From NCBI GenBank assembly GCA_963803145.1, contig CAWDLW010000011.1, positions 20,861-84,860 of the forward strand: 64,000 bases of DNA. The letters are read 5' to 3'. This DNA is from Methanotrichaceae archaeon. Lineage in GTDB: Archaea > Halobacteriota > Methanosarcinia > Methanotrichales > Methanotrichaceae. Below are positions 32,123 to 42,086 of this stretch, piece after piece. Both the position numbers and the translations under genes were made by a program. Position 1 is the first letter of the stretch; every line of letters begins with the position of its first letter. Below the pieces are notes generated by a model. The model saw only the letters and a list, made by a program, of their open reading frames with translations. It searched no databases and was not told the DNA's origin.

Positions 32123-32155
32123 TAGCCCGTCGCGGCGATTGAGCGACAGCCCCGT
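32123..32155. repeat. Non-coding hairpin motif, copy 1
   Basis: TAGCCCGTCGCGGCGATTGAGCGACAGCCCCGT, homologous to 37686-37719 and to the reverse complement of the 63 kb repeats. Confidence 0.55.
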
Positions 32156-32372
32156 TTTAGCTCTTGTTATCACCCCAAAAGAGGCGTTAGATGAATTGTA
32201 AATTGGTTCCAACAATAGCTATCCCTTGGCGGATTCATGCGGATTTCAAGGAATAGTCGTAGGGAGAAGGCAGAGTGGCAGATCAATAGTCTTGCTTACG
32301 GAAATGGGTCATGGCCCGATATCAGCAGATGTGAATTTTGGGATGCTTTCAAGTTTATTTCAAAGGGTTAAT

Positions 32373-32777
32373 CTATAGTGAGTCATCGAATCCTATCTTG
32401 GCATGTGATCCATCGCAGAAAGGCTTCTTCTTCGATCCTCCGCACCTGCACAGGGCAAAGGGGCCGCAGCTTGCAATCTCCTTATCATCGCGATCAATGA
32501 GTGCGCAATTGCCTTTAACCAGTAGCGGTCCGTTCTTCATCACCTTAATCTCAGCCGAAGGATTTTGGATCGATTCTGATTTTTTATATGATAAGGCCCC
32601 CGAAGGGCATTTATCGATCGCCTTCATGATCTCTTCGGAGCTCGCACCTTTCATGTTTATCCATGGCCTTTTATTGCGGTCGAAGACCTGAGGCAAGCCG
32701 TTCACGCAACTCCTTGAATGAATGCATTTTTCCGGGTCCCAGTAAACCGTTATCTCCTCGTTTGTATACTCTTTCAT
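32373..32777 (-). CDS. Divergent 4Fe-4S (YjdI-like) plus CDGSH iron-sulfur protein
   Basis: CIHSRSCV, CPSGAL, LCRCGGSKKKPFCDGSH. Confidence 0.9.
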   Translation of the reverse strand: MKEYTNEEITVYWDPEKCIHSRSCVNGLPQVFDRNKRPWINMKGASSEEIMKAIDKCPSGALSYKKSESIQNPSAEIKVMKNGPLLVKGNCALIDRDDKEIASCGPFALCRCGGSKKKPFCDGSHAKIGFDDSL

Positions 32778-33246
32778 CGCATATGGAGTAATTGTAGTAC
32801 TACTAAGCTTTTCTGCTGATAATTGCTTTGAAGCAGTATTAGAGTGGTAAATATCTCGTCCCTTCGGCCATTGTATTGTATCCCATGTAGTGATCTAAAT
32901 TTTCATCATAAAAGAACTCTGATAATAATCATAAGAATACTATCGATTGTTCAATATCACGGATATTACTATGATGACTATTCCCGGCGATTAATTAGGC
33001 CGCAGCACAATTAATTAAATTTAAATACTTTAAAATCCTGTTAGCTTATAGAGGGCCTCGATGTATTCTTCCCCCTGACTCGAAGGCTCTACTCCCTTTC
33101 AATCATTGCTGTATTTCGCCTTATATCCTTCTTAAGGCAGCAGACTGACACCCGACCACCGTGAAACTCATAAAAAATAGTTGAGACTTCGCATGACAAG
33201 ATTAGTTGAATCTGAAAGGATGAACGAAATAGACTAATTGTCCTAT

Positions 33247-33957
33247 CTAGGCTGCAGATATAGCCTCATTTTTGCAGTTTTGTTCTGCCAATGCCAGATC
33301 TTGGCTGGCGCTAGGCATCTCAGGCCAGGGAAGACTATAATTTGGGTCCAACGATATCGATTTCCTAAAGGCGAAAATGGCTCCAGTGCAATTTCCCTGC
33401 TTCTGATAAATCGATCCCTTTATATGCCAGTAGTGGGCCGAATCTGGCTCCAGAGAGAGGGCCTGTTCTATGGCAGATTCTGCTTCATTTATCTGACCTA
33501 ATGATAGGCAAGATAGAGCTTTGATACCATATGCAGTGGCATACGATGGATCCATGGTTGTAGCCTTTTCTGCGTCCATTAATGCAGCAGTTGCATTGTC
33601 CCTAGCCAGGTAAGCATATCCTCTGCTGGCAAATCTTACTGGATTTGGCTCTATGGCTATGGCTTTATTGAGGAGCGCTATAGCATCGATGGGTTTGCTT
33701 ATCTTCCGCAGCGAATAAGCCTTCATGCATAGAAGTCTTGGATCGTCTGGATATTTTGCCAGGCCCTCATCGGTAGTCTTGATGGACATATCCCAGTTTC
33801 CTTCAGCGATATACTCCTGGCCTTGGGCTATACATTGATTTATGTTGGACTCTCCGCTGGTTAGGCAAGAATCATTAGTTGCACAAGCAATCCCGACAAT
33901 AGCTACAAAAACTAAAATAGATGCCGACTTATTCCATGAAACCAAAAACCCCAACAT
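33247..33957 (-). CDS. Secreted TPR protein (start uncertain)
   Basis: Hydrophobic N-terminus followed by several TPR units. Confidence 0.75.
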   Translation of the reverse strand: MLGFLVSWNKSASILVFVAIVGIACATNDSCLTSGESNINQCIAQGQEYIAEGNWDMSIKTTDEGLAKYPDDPRLLCMKAYSLRKISKPIDAIALLNKAIAIEPNPVRFASRGYAYLARDNATAALMDAEKATTMDPSYATAYGIKALSCLSLGQINEAESAIEQALSLEPDSAHYWHIKGSIYQKQGNCTGAIFAFRKSISLDPNYSLPWPEMPSASQDLALAEQNCKNEAISAA

Positions 33958-34031
33958 ATACAATCCCACTGATGCTATCATTAAATATAGATTATATAAA
34001 ACTTCCAGATCTTCTTTGCCGATATTAGCAT

Positions 34032-35441
34032 CTAGCACCACTCCTCGCCTTTCCTCAGCCACGCGTCCATATCCTTTGCCGCTATCTTTCCTGCACCCAT
34101 TGCACTGATGACTGTGGCTCCGCCCGTGGTGATATCACCGCCAGCCCAGACTCCTTTCATCGTAGTCCTTCCGCGCTCATCAACTGCCAGAGTTCCCCAT
34201 TTCGTTGTCTTCAGCTCAGGCGTGCTGGATGGTATAAGTGGATTCGGTATTGTCCCGACTGCGATGATGACAGTATCGACCTCAATGGAATGCTCTGAGC
34301 CTTTTTTGACTCTTGGGCTCCTCCTGCCGCTCTCATCCGGCTCCCCAAGCTCCATATCCACTAGCTCCATAGCCCTGACTCCACCACGTTCATTGCCCAG
34401 GAACCTTGTCGGATTGGTTAGGAAATCGAAGACGACGCCCTCCTCTAAAGCGTTCTCCACCTCTTCCAGCCGGGCGGGCATCTCTTCGCGAGAGCGACGA
34501 TAAATAATATGCACATCTTCCGCTCCCAGACGAAGCGCACAACGAGCTGAATCCATTGCTACATTTCCTCCGCCGATCACAGCCACCTTTTTGCCCAATC
34601 TCACCGGCGTGTCATACTCGGGGAACCTGTAAGCCTTCATCAAGTTGATTCTTGTGAGATATTCATTGGCAGAATAAATGCCGCTCAGGTTTTCTCCCGG
34701 GATATTCATGAACCTCGGAGCACCTGCACCGATCCCCAGAAATACAGCATCAAATCCGTCATCGATTAACTCTTTCACCTGCGTTTGTCTGCCTACGACA
34801 GAATCGAGTTCAAGATCTGCGCCCAGAGATTGAACGTAGTCGACCTCAGATTTGACGATGCTTTTGGGAAGCCTGAACTCGGGTATTCCGTAGACTAAGA
34901 CCCCACCGGCTTCATGCAGTGCCTCGAAGATTACTACGCTATGGCCCATCCTTACAAGCTCAGCTGCACAGGTCAGACCTGCAGGGCCTGAGCCGACGAT
35001 TGCAATCCTTTTCCCAGTAGATGAATGAATTTCGGGGCGACACCGCTCATTGCTCAGCTCCCAGTCAGCAACGTAGCGCTCCAGCCGGCCTATGGCAATA
35101 GGTGATTTCTTCTTTGCAAGGACACATTTGCACTCGCACTGGTCCTCCTGCGGGCAGACCCTTCCGCATACTCCGGGCAAGCTATTCTTTCTTTTTAATA
35201 TCCTGGCGGCCTCGGCCATATCGCCATCCCTTAGCGCCTTGATAAATTGCGGAATCTCTATGCCCACAGGACAGCCTTCGATACATTTAGGCTTCTTACA
35301 CTGGAGGCATCTGTTTGCCTCTTCAAGCGCCTGCTTCTCGGAATAGCCCAATGCGACCTCTTCGAAGTTCCATCTCCTCTCCTCTGGAGATTGCTTGGGC
35401 ATCTCGACCCTGCTCAAGTTCATCTTAGACATAACACTCAT
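34032..35441 (-). CDS. GltD/NfnB/SudA-like NADPH-dependent Fe-S flavoprotein
   Basis: EANRCLQC...CPV, CGRVCPQE, GSGPAG, GGGNVAMD, GGDITTG. Confidence 0.9.
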   Translation of the reverse strand: MSVMSKMNLSRVEMPKQSPEERRWNFEEVALGYSEKQALEEANRCLQCKKPKCIEGCPVGIEIPQFIKALRDGDMAEAARILKRKNSLPGVCGRVCPQEDQCECKCVLAKKKSPIAIGRLERYVADWELSNERCRPEIHSSTGKRIAIVGSGPAGLTCAAELVRMGHSVVIFEALHEAGGVLVYGIPEFRLPKSIVKSEVDYVQSLGADLELDSVVGRQTQVKELIDDGFDAVFLGIGAGAPRFMNIPGENLSGIYSANEYLTRINLMKAYRFPEYDTPVRLGKKVAVIGGGNVAMDSARCALRLGAEDVHIIYRRSREEMPARLEEVENALEEGVVFDFLTNPTRFLGNERGGVRAMELVDMELGEPDESGRRSPRVKKGSEHSIEVDTVIIAVGTIPNPLIPSSTPELKTTKWGTLAVDERGRTTMKGVWAGGDITTGGATVISAMGAGKIAAKDMDAWLRKGEEWC

Positions 35442-35769
35442 TATTACGGCTTTAGGGATTGAGTGCCTTTCTCAATCACCTTTTGCTAAATACATTCGTT
35501 TCCAGCTGCTTGCGATAGTTCTTCGATTCGACCTCTTCTATGCGACTGTCACCGTTGATAATAAATAACTTATTGCCCGATCGCATAAGATGCAGGGTAG
35601 CCTTTGAGAATGATAAGAATTATGGAGATCAATCCACAACTTGTATTGGGCCTGGAATAGCAAAGATGCTGCTTTAGGTCAGCAGGGCAAATACGGGTCA
35701 TGGGTGTGTGCCACTGAAAAGATTATTATGAATCGAAAGCAATAGTCAATTTATCGGAATATCGTCAAG

Positions 35770-35998
35770 AGAAGAGAAGTGAAAAGAGCTTTAATTGCTT
35801 TAGGACACCATATGCTCAGGGATATTTATCGAGTGTTGAGCACAGGCGAACCTTATCATGACGTTGGAGCTGAAGCGGTTATCAGCTTCTCCTCAAAAAA
35901 GAAAGAGCAAAGGATGATAAGGTTGCTTGAGCGTGCAGGTTATACGGTAACAAGGGCAGCTGCTGCATAGACCATGCATGATGTATTTTCATATCAAG
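35770..35998 (+). pseudogene. IS110-family transposase C-terminal remnant with probable right end
   Basis: KRALIALGHHMLRDIYRVLSTGEPYHDVG...RMIRLLERAGYTV, followed by TATTTTCATATCAA. Confidence 0.65.
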
Positions 35999-36033
35999 GC
36001 ACAAAGATAATATAACGGTACCTTTAGCTCATA

Positions 36034-37395
36034 TTGATGTCCCTAAAGCCTATTATAATAGGATCGATAACAATAATTCTGGTGCTTTTTATCACCTCTG
36101 CTGCAGAGGTGGCCAAGATGAATGTTACTGAATCGAATACATCAACTTCAGGAAACTCCGCCATTGCAAAGGATGAGATCATCATCGCCAAGGAGAACGG
36201 AATCCAGGTGGAGTGGCGGCACATCGTCCTGAAAGGGAACAACACCCAGATAGGCATGGCTCTTGGCCAGATAGCTCAGAGAGATTATGGTATCAAATCT
36301 CTGTCGAGATACGCCGATCCTATATACGGCAAGGCTAGACAGGTGTATATGGAGAGGAACTATCCCATCATGAGCGAAAGGATGAAGGGCATAGCTATGG
36401 CCTATGGCCTCTCTCCAGATAATGCCACCTTCGATACTAATACCCTGCCCTATGATACAGGATCTTTAACCTGCTCCATGATCTACTTCCCCCCTGATAC
36501 GATGGCCAATGGCCACGCCATAACCTCCAGGAATATGGAATGGTATCTGGTTCCTCTGGATGTCTACCTTAACAAGACTGAGAAGAGTGTCGGCAATGCG
36601 GTATTCTCTCGAGACTTCATAATGGAGATATATCCTGATAAGGGTTACTCGACTTTAGCAATTGGTACCAGTGACCTCAGCACAGTTACCGATGGTCTGA
36701 ACTCCGCAGGTTTGGGTATATCATTGCTAGAGGATTCTTGGATGGAACCGGTCCTGAATGTGCCCTTTGCAGGCAGTAGAGACAGCGGCATTGCTAGCGT
36801 GCAGATAACGCGGCTCATCCTGGAGACCTGCAAGACTGTGGGAGAAGCAAAGATAGCTTTCCTGGCCAACAAAGAGTTCCTTCCTGCGATGGGGGTTCAC
36901 TACATGGTCTATGATAGCCAGGGAAATTCCACAATAATCGAGTGGAACAAGACGGATGGAAACCTGTACTTCACAGACGGCAACAATAGCAAGCCTAATA
37001 TCATGACAAATCACCCCATGTACCTTTTCTCCAAATACGCCATAAAAGATCTGCCGAGGGAGAAGAATCTGATCCCATACAACGACCCATATGATACCTT
37101 CAACCGCTATATAACTCTGTATAACATCACCAGCAGCCATAAGGGCAAGTTCTCTGAGATGGACGCTGCCAATGCATTGAGTGCAGTCTCAGCCAACAAA
37201 GTGATCGCAGCCGAAGGCGCTATGAAACCGCTTCCCATCAATACGATCTATCATGTCCTTATGGATCTTACTAATAGAAGCATGAATGTGAAATTCTACC
37301 TCAAGAACGGGCCTATTGATCCAAAGACAAAGGAGAACACTTCGATCTACTCGCCGTACTTTGCCTTCAGTATGGGCAATTCAACTCTGAGGTAA
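36034..37395 (+). CDS. Secreted Ntn-hydrolase (C45/choloylglycine hydrolase-like)
   Basis: Signal peptide, nucleophile Cys in LTCS, SRNME, DGLNSAGL, MTNH. Confidence 0.8.
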   Translation: MMSLKPIIIGSITIILVLFITSAAEVAKMNVTESNTSTSGNSAIAKDEIIIAKENGIQVEWRHIVLKGNNTQIGMALGQIAQRDYGIKSLSRYADPIYGKARQVYMERNYPIMSERMKGIAMAYGLSPDNATFDTNTLPYDTGSLTCSMIYFPPDTMANGHAITSRNMEWYLVPLDVYLNKTEKSVGNAVFSRDFIMEIYPDKGYSTLAIGTSDLSTVTDGLNSAGLGISLLEDSWMEPVLNVPFAGSRDSGIASVQITRLILETCKTVGEAKIAFLANKEFLPAMGVHYMVYDSQGNSTIIEWNKTDGNLYFTDGNNSKPNIMTNHPMYLFSKYAIKDLPREKNLIPYNDPYDTFNRYITLYNITSSHKGKFSEMDAANALSAVSANKVIAAEGAMKPLPINTIYHVLMDLTNRSMNVKFYLKNGPIDPKTKENTSIYSPYFAFSMGNSTLR

Positions 37396-37416
37396 TAGTG
37401 TAATGGTGCCAGGGAA

Positions 37417-37438
37417 TCCCCATCATAAAGGATGGGGA
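37417..37438 (+). terminator. Hairpin after the Ntn-hydrolase gene
   Basis: TCCCCATC-ATAAAG-GATGGGGA. Confidence 0.4.
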
Positions 37439-37461
37439 TAATTTGGCCCTTTGCAACAACC

Positions 37462-37608
37462 CTATATGTAACCAACATCTTCTGCCTTAATCTGGGTCAT
37501 TTCGCCTACATGCAGGCCAGCTCCCGCCAGCAGTAATAGTATGCATCTTTCTCTGTCTTCCTCGGCAGCCTTCAGCAAGGCATTGAACTGCGGCTGGAGT
37601 CGGCGCAT
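37462..37608 (-). pseudogene. Tyrosine recombinase/integrase fragment
   Basis: QFNALLKAAEEDRERCILLLLAGAGLHVGEMTQIKAEDV is a box I region with the catalytic Arg replaced by His; a stop follows. Confidence 0.7.
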
Positions 37609-37685
37609 ATGTCCAGACAAATCGAGGAGACAGGTAATCAATCAGCCGTTTGTTACCTCCTCGTGTGAACCGTCCCGGAGGGCGT

Positions 37686-37719
37686 TAGCCTGTCGCGGCT
37701 GCTTTCGCGACAGCCCCGT
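37686..37719. repeat. Non-coding hairpin motif, copy 2
   Basis: TAGCCTGTCGCGGCTGCTTTCGCGACAGCCCCGT. Confidence 0.55.
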
Positions 37720-37843
37720 AAACAGCCAGCGCGGGAGCGGAGCGACTCGCGGGCACTCCAGAATGTGAGGTTGAAAATGAATAGAACGTCTTCAAGTGAA
37801 TAGCTAATTAATAATACTAGTATTGACAATCACCCAATAAAGT

Positions 37844-38704
37844 ATGATACCAGAGCCATTCGTCGATACTGAAACAGATAGGACAAAGTCCAGGTGGGTG
37901 GCCAAAGCATACCAGGAATTCATTAGAGAGACCGGCAGACAGAGGACCACACTTAGGGGACTTTTCTATTATGCGCTTAAGAGAAAAGAGCAAGATTATC
38001 CCATTTGTGGCAAATTTGTTGGTGAGATCAGGATTACCAGACCCTACCACGAGAGCGATGGAGAGCGCCTTCCGAAATGGGTCAACAGGGCTAGGAAGCT
38101 CGGCTTCATACATGCAGATGCTATCTTAGACGAAGTTCCGGGAGAGCACTTCTTCCTGCCTGAATCTGAGGGGAATATGCCTTATCGAGTCGAAGTATGG
38201 CTGAACAAATCAGCCTTTAATCCGATCCTGCAGCCGGTATGCGATAAGCATAGTGCAACACTCGTTTCAGTTGATGGCAAGCCATCGAAGACGGCTATTG
38301 ATGATCTTTACCAGCGCTCTGTTGGACATGCTACTATTATCATATGCCTTTCCGATCTAAGCGCTTCCAGCCTTTCCTTCTGCAGAGATCTCGCAGTAGA
38401 AATCGCAAAAGGAAAGCCAGCAGGCGAATGGGATATCCGCCTGAAGAGAATCGGCCTTACTCCCAAGCAGGTTCTGAATTTGGATATCCCTCAAGTTACT
38501 GGTGAGCGGAGCGGAAATGTTGATGAGGCCGAATATAGAAAATATGTGGAGCCCTTTAGGCTGAACCCAAGAAAAATGTCAGAGCTTGATGCACTGGAGG
38601 CGCATTATCCGGGAGGCATTGCAGGTTTCATCGATGATGCTTTATCGAAAACTAATGGGTCCGATAATGAGCAGCTAATGCTTGATCTTAAGGGGGGACA
38701 TTAG
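37844..38704 (+). CDS. Topo VI-A/Toprim-like hypothetical protein with degenerate acidic motifs
   Basis: TLRGLFYY, VEVWLNKSA, CLSDLSASS, RIGLTPKQV, ELDAL. Confidence 0.55.
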   Translation: MIPEPFVDTETDRTKSRWVAKAYQEFIRETGRQRTTLRGLFYYALKRKEQDYPICGKFVGEIRITRPYHESDGERLPKWVNRARKLGFIHADAILDEVPGEHFFLPESEGNMPYRVEVWLNKSAFNPILQPVCDKHSATLVSVDGKPSKTAIDDLYQRSVGHATIIICLSDLSASSLSFCRDLAVEIAKGKPAGEWDIRLKRIGLTPKQVLNLDIPQVTGERSGNVDEAEYRKYVEPFRLNPRKMSELDALEAHYPGGIAGFIDDALSKTNGSDNEQLMLDLKGGH

Positions 38705-38760
38705 CTCCCGGAAAGATAGAGATGGATATAGATTTAGATTCTGCATTAAAATAAGGCAAG

Positions 38761-39300
38761 CTATCCTACTCTTTCAACATGTCTTATAAGATCCCATCCT
38801 ATTACAAAGCTCTCATCTACAGCTGAGAGGAGCTCGTCATGGATGGAGCTTGGGGAGTAGTATAGTACGGCAAGCACTCCCGCATCCTTTGCGGATTCGA
38901 TTGCTGGCACAAAGTCGCTATCGCCCGTCACAATGACTGCTTTTGAGATCGACCGCTCACAGCTTAGCTTCACAAGATCCACAGCGAGTGCGATATCCAC
39001 TCGCTTCTGAACAAATTCGCCGCCTACACAGCCAAGTCTACCAAGTTTTACCTCGAATCTGGGAAGCTTTTTAAGTGTGTAGACAAATTTATCCATGGCT
39101 GCAAATCTCTTGCGCTCGTCGTCTGTCGGAGGACAGCTCTGGTAAGGCATGCAGTTATAGTAGTATGTTCTCAATCGCTCATAATCACCGCAAAGCACGT
39201 CTGAAAACTTGGCAAGATCTATCTTTGGCTTGCCGAAATCGATATCCAGAACCTTCGTTAAGTAGGCACCATCTATGAATACAGCAGCACGGTTATACAA
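38761..39300 (-). CDS. NYN-domain (LabA/DUF88) protein
   Basis: VFIDGAYL, QKRVDIALAVD, VTGDSDFVPA. Confidence 0.9.
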   Translation of the reverse strand: MYNRAAVFIDGAYLTKVLDIDFGKPKIDLAKFSDVLCGDYERLRTYYYNCMPYQSCPPTDDERKRFAAMDKFVYTLKKLPRFEVKLGRLGCVGGEFVQKRVDIALAVDLVKLSCERSISKAVIVTGDSDFVPAIESAKDAGVLAVLYYSPSSIHDELLSAVDESFVIGWDLIRHVERVG

Positions 39301-39517
39301 AACAGTCCCTCTTAGAACCTATTATTTACTGCCATCCACGTGAACGGCAGTGTTTATTATAATCCTAACTTTCCCGGCTTCGGTATATTTAACTTACGCT
39401 AGCCTGAATCAGTACTAATTCTTCTTAGCTTTGATCATTAGATCTTCAAATAATTTATTTACCTGTACTCTACGCCACTTTCAATTATAAATTTTTTGAG
39501 ATCCGTCATAAGAAGCT

Positions 39518-39790
39518 TCAACTGCTGTCATTGCTAATCTTATTGCCTTTCTTGGGCTCTTTGCTAAAGCTCTTATAGATGGTTTCAAGCAATTCATCGC
39601 CGCGTGACTCAGGTAGATCTCTCTTCTCGACTTCAGCATAGCAAATCCAGACTCCGATAGCATCCTTGATCTCCTTAAGTGCTTCCTCCTCCGTCTCACC
39701 GAAGGCCGAACATCCTCGCAGCTCAGGTGCAACAGCAATATATCCATTGGCCTTTTCGCTATAAACTATCTCGATTGCATATTTATTCAT
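39518..39790 (-). CDS. HicB-family antitoxin with no adjacent hicA
   Basis: YIAVAPELRGCSAFGETEEEALKEIKDAI. Confidence 0.85.
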   Translation of the reverse strand: MNKYAIEIVYSEKANGYIAVAPELRGCSAFGETEEEALKEIKDAIGVWICYAEVEKRDLPESRGDELLETIYKSFSKEPKKGNKISNDSS

Positions 39791-39805
39791 TGGATCAATC
39801 CGAGC

Positions 39806-40249
39806 CTATTTAATCGCTTCCTTCACAATCTCCAAAAGCTGAATGTCGAATGTCAGGGTTTGCTCTGAAAGAGGATGGTTTGCATCAAGGGTGACAGTAT
39901 TCTCATCCATGTCGGTTATCATTACTGGAACCACCTGGTCGTTAGACGCACAGACCTCTAGGGTCATTCCCAATTCGGGCTTTACGTCCTCTGGAAGGTC
40001 CTTTTTATCTATGGTTATAACTCTGTCTTCTCTATATTTTCCATATGCTTTCTCTGGAGGTAACTTTACTGTCTTCGATTCTCCTGGGCTCATACCTATT
40101 ACCGCCTCCTCGAAGCCGGGTATGAACTTGCCTGAGCCGATTTCGAACTCCAATGGCTCTTCCCCTTTTGACGTGTCGAAAGGTACGCCGGTGTCAAGCT
40201 TGCCTGTGTAATGCACCTTTACAGTATCTCCTTTCTTTGCAGTTGCCAT
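39806..40249 (-). CDS. FKBP-type peptidyl-prolyl isomerase (SlyD-like)
   Basis: VKVHYTGKL, FDTS, IPGFEEA, DANHPL. Confidence 0.92.
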   Translation of the reverse strand: MATAKKGDTVKVHYTGKLDTGVPFDTSKGEEPLEFEIGSGKFIPGFEEAVIGMSPGESKTVKLPPEKAYGKYREDRVITIDKKDLPEDVKPELGMTLEVCASNDQVVPVMITDMDENTVTLDANHPLSEQTLTFDIQLLEIVKEAIK

Positions 40250-40370
40250 TTTTACGCCTCTTAAATCGCTGAAATTACTTGAAATAAAAAATGCTGCTTC
40301 AACTATATAGCTGATATGCCAGTAGGAGCCATCCACATAGCACCCGAGAAAGATCTCGCTTCAGCTGCTC

Positions 40371-40556
40371 ATGGTTATCGAGGAGAACGCCAACATAAAG
40401 GTTATCCGTGCCTCTGATGCAGAAGGGGCACTCGAAAAGATTAAGGAACTGATACATAAAGGCGCCGAAGCCATGAACGGCTCATCAACTACGTTTAAAG
40501 AAATAGGCCGTCAGAATCTATTGAATCGTGGCTGTTTGGGTTGGAAGAACCTATAA
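40371..40556 (+). pseudogene. LUD-domain protein fragment
   Basis: EGALEKIKELIHKGAEAMNGSSTTFKEIG, truncated. Confidence 0.45.
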
Positions 40557-40657
40557 AAAATTATTACATCAATGTCTGATGGCAAATCAAAATTACAAAG
40601 CCTTTTGACCAACAGGTATATCATCCAGAGAGACCATTTAGTGGTGCTGCATATGCG

Positions 40658-40715
40658 TCGATTCAAAGAGATTTGTTGAGATGTTTTTTGTGGCAGGTTC
40701 GATTCTTTGAATCGA
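40658..40715 (+). promoter_or_regulatory. Conserved 5' leader hairpin, copy 1
   Basis: TCGATTCAAAGA...TCTTTGAATCGA directly before the RBS-like AAGGTAAGTGA and the ATG. Confidence 0.6.
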
Positions 40716-40736
40716 TACAAAAGGTAAGTGAATTAA

Positions 40737-40937
40737 ATGTTCGAGAGAAAGTATGGAAGCAGCAGTGGCGGCAGCAGAGGCGGCTACAGCAGCGGTCCGA
40801 GAGAGATGACAGACGTAACATGTTCAGAATGCGGGAAGCAGACACAAGTCCCCTTCAAGCCAGACGGAACAAGGCCCGTTTACTGCAGCGAGTGCTATCA
40901 GAAGCATAAGCCTGCAAGGCCATCCAGAAGATACTAA
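40737..40937 (+). CDS. CxxC-x17-CxxC domain protein, copy 1
   Basis: Gly/Ser-rich N-terminus, then CSEC-x17-CSEC with VPFKPDGTRPVY. Confidence 0.9.
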   Translation: MFERKYGSSSGGSRGGYSSGPREMTDVTCSECGKQTQVPFKPDGTRPVYCSECYQKHKPARPSRRY

Positions 40938-41103
40938 ACCGATTTGATTATTACTTAATCGATCTGTTAATCAGACTGTAACCGCAACAGCGGAAAAGAC
41001 TATGCAGGGCAATTTTATGCCCCGCCAAATTTTTAGGCCCTCGCCATCTTGTGCGACTCTTCAAATGCTGTTCTGACGCGAGTGGCTGGCAGACTATGCC
41101 AAA

Positions 41104-41622
41104 ATGCGCATACGATGCCAGAATAGATCAAAAAAGCAACTTGAAGCCGAGATTTCCATGGTCACAATGGATAAAAATAGAATGAGTGAGCACAAGCAGG
41201 TGATGATTTTTAATTCAGTATTAAACGAAATGATTGAGGTTGATGAGGGAATAGCTCCCTTGCTCAAGGCGATATGGAATTTAGGAATTGCAACATGTAA
41301 TTCCTGCCAGGAAAACAAGCCTGGAATTATATGGATAGAATTCTCTAGGGCCGAAGACGCAGAAATATTTTTGACCCGCATAGCATCATGCCTCGATCCT
41401 GTTAATAGCCCTGCAGCGGATAACTGGCTATATTCCAGAATAATAGGCCAAAACGAGGGCTGGCGATATAGCGCACACCCCCATGATTCCAGAGAATATA
41501 TCGATGAGGAAAACGGCACATTAGAATTGAACGCCTCTGAACGATGTAGAATTGCACTATCGATATCGATTCGCTTTCCAGTCAAAGACTACGAAAGACT
41601 GCTCGATCTGGTGGGAAGATAG
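41104..41622 (+). CDS. Hypothetical protein
   Basis: 172-aa ORF; VDEGIAPLL...GIATCNSCQ is reminiscent of TYW3-like N-termini. Confidence 0.55.
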   Translation: MRIRCQNRSKKQLEAEISMVTMDKNRMSEHKQVMIFNSVLNEMIEVDEGIAPLLKAIWNLGIATCNSCQENKPGIIWIEFSRAEDAEIFLTRIASCLDPVNSPAADNWLYSRIIGQNEGWRYSAHPHDSREYIDEENGTLELNASERCRIALSISIRFPVKDYERLLDLVGR

Positions 41623-41741
41623 CTAATGATGAGTAGCTACAATAATTGCACAGAATAATGAAATTATGAATAATAAAAAATTATTATAATAGTATAAACG
41701 ATAATGGGAAAATTATCTCTGAGATAAGGTGAATTCGCTTC

Positions 41742-42086
41742 GTGGAGGAATCTAAAATTGACCAATCTATAGCTACAGAGACGAAAAAATTCGATAATAT
41801 AGTCTCGGAGCTGAGGCGGAGGGGGATTGTAGTACTGATGCATCGCTCTACAAGGTGGGGCTATGTTGTAGATGCTGTTATCCCCTCGGCAAAGGTGGTT
41901 ATTCTGAAGACGCCAGATCTGAGCAGACAATTTAAAATGGCACTGAGCATGTTCCATGATATGGTAAATAGACTTGAAGGCGATGGATATCGAGTCCTTG
42001 TAGTGCCAAAAAGCAGCATGAATGAGGCACAGATAAACGCCTTCTGTGACCAGGTTACCGCTGAACAACCCCTTGCTGCTGCATGA
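41742..42086 (+). CDS. Hypothetical protein, paralog 1 (weak DUF559/restriction-fold resemblance)
   Basis: Clear paralog at 45631-45974 sharing TRWGYVVDAVIPS and RLEGDGYRVL. Confidence 0.75.
   Translation: MEESKIDQSIATETKKFDNIVSELRRRGIVVLMHRSTRWGYVVDAVIPSAKVVILKTPDLSRQFKMALSMFHDMVNRLEGDGYRVLVVPKSSMNEAQINAFCDQVTAEQPLAAA

Noticed and set aside
35580-35760. Bridge RNA of the IS110 remnant
   Set aside because: No convincing two-loop structure or left end could be identified.
37645-37690. HDV-like ribozyme (TCCTCGT loop-like sequence)
   Set aside because: I could not build P1/P2, and the bases pair better in a simple hairpin with 37623-37637.
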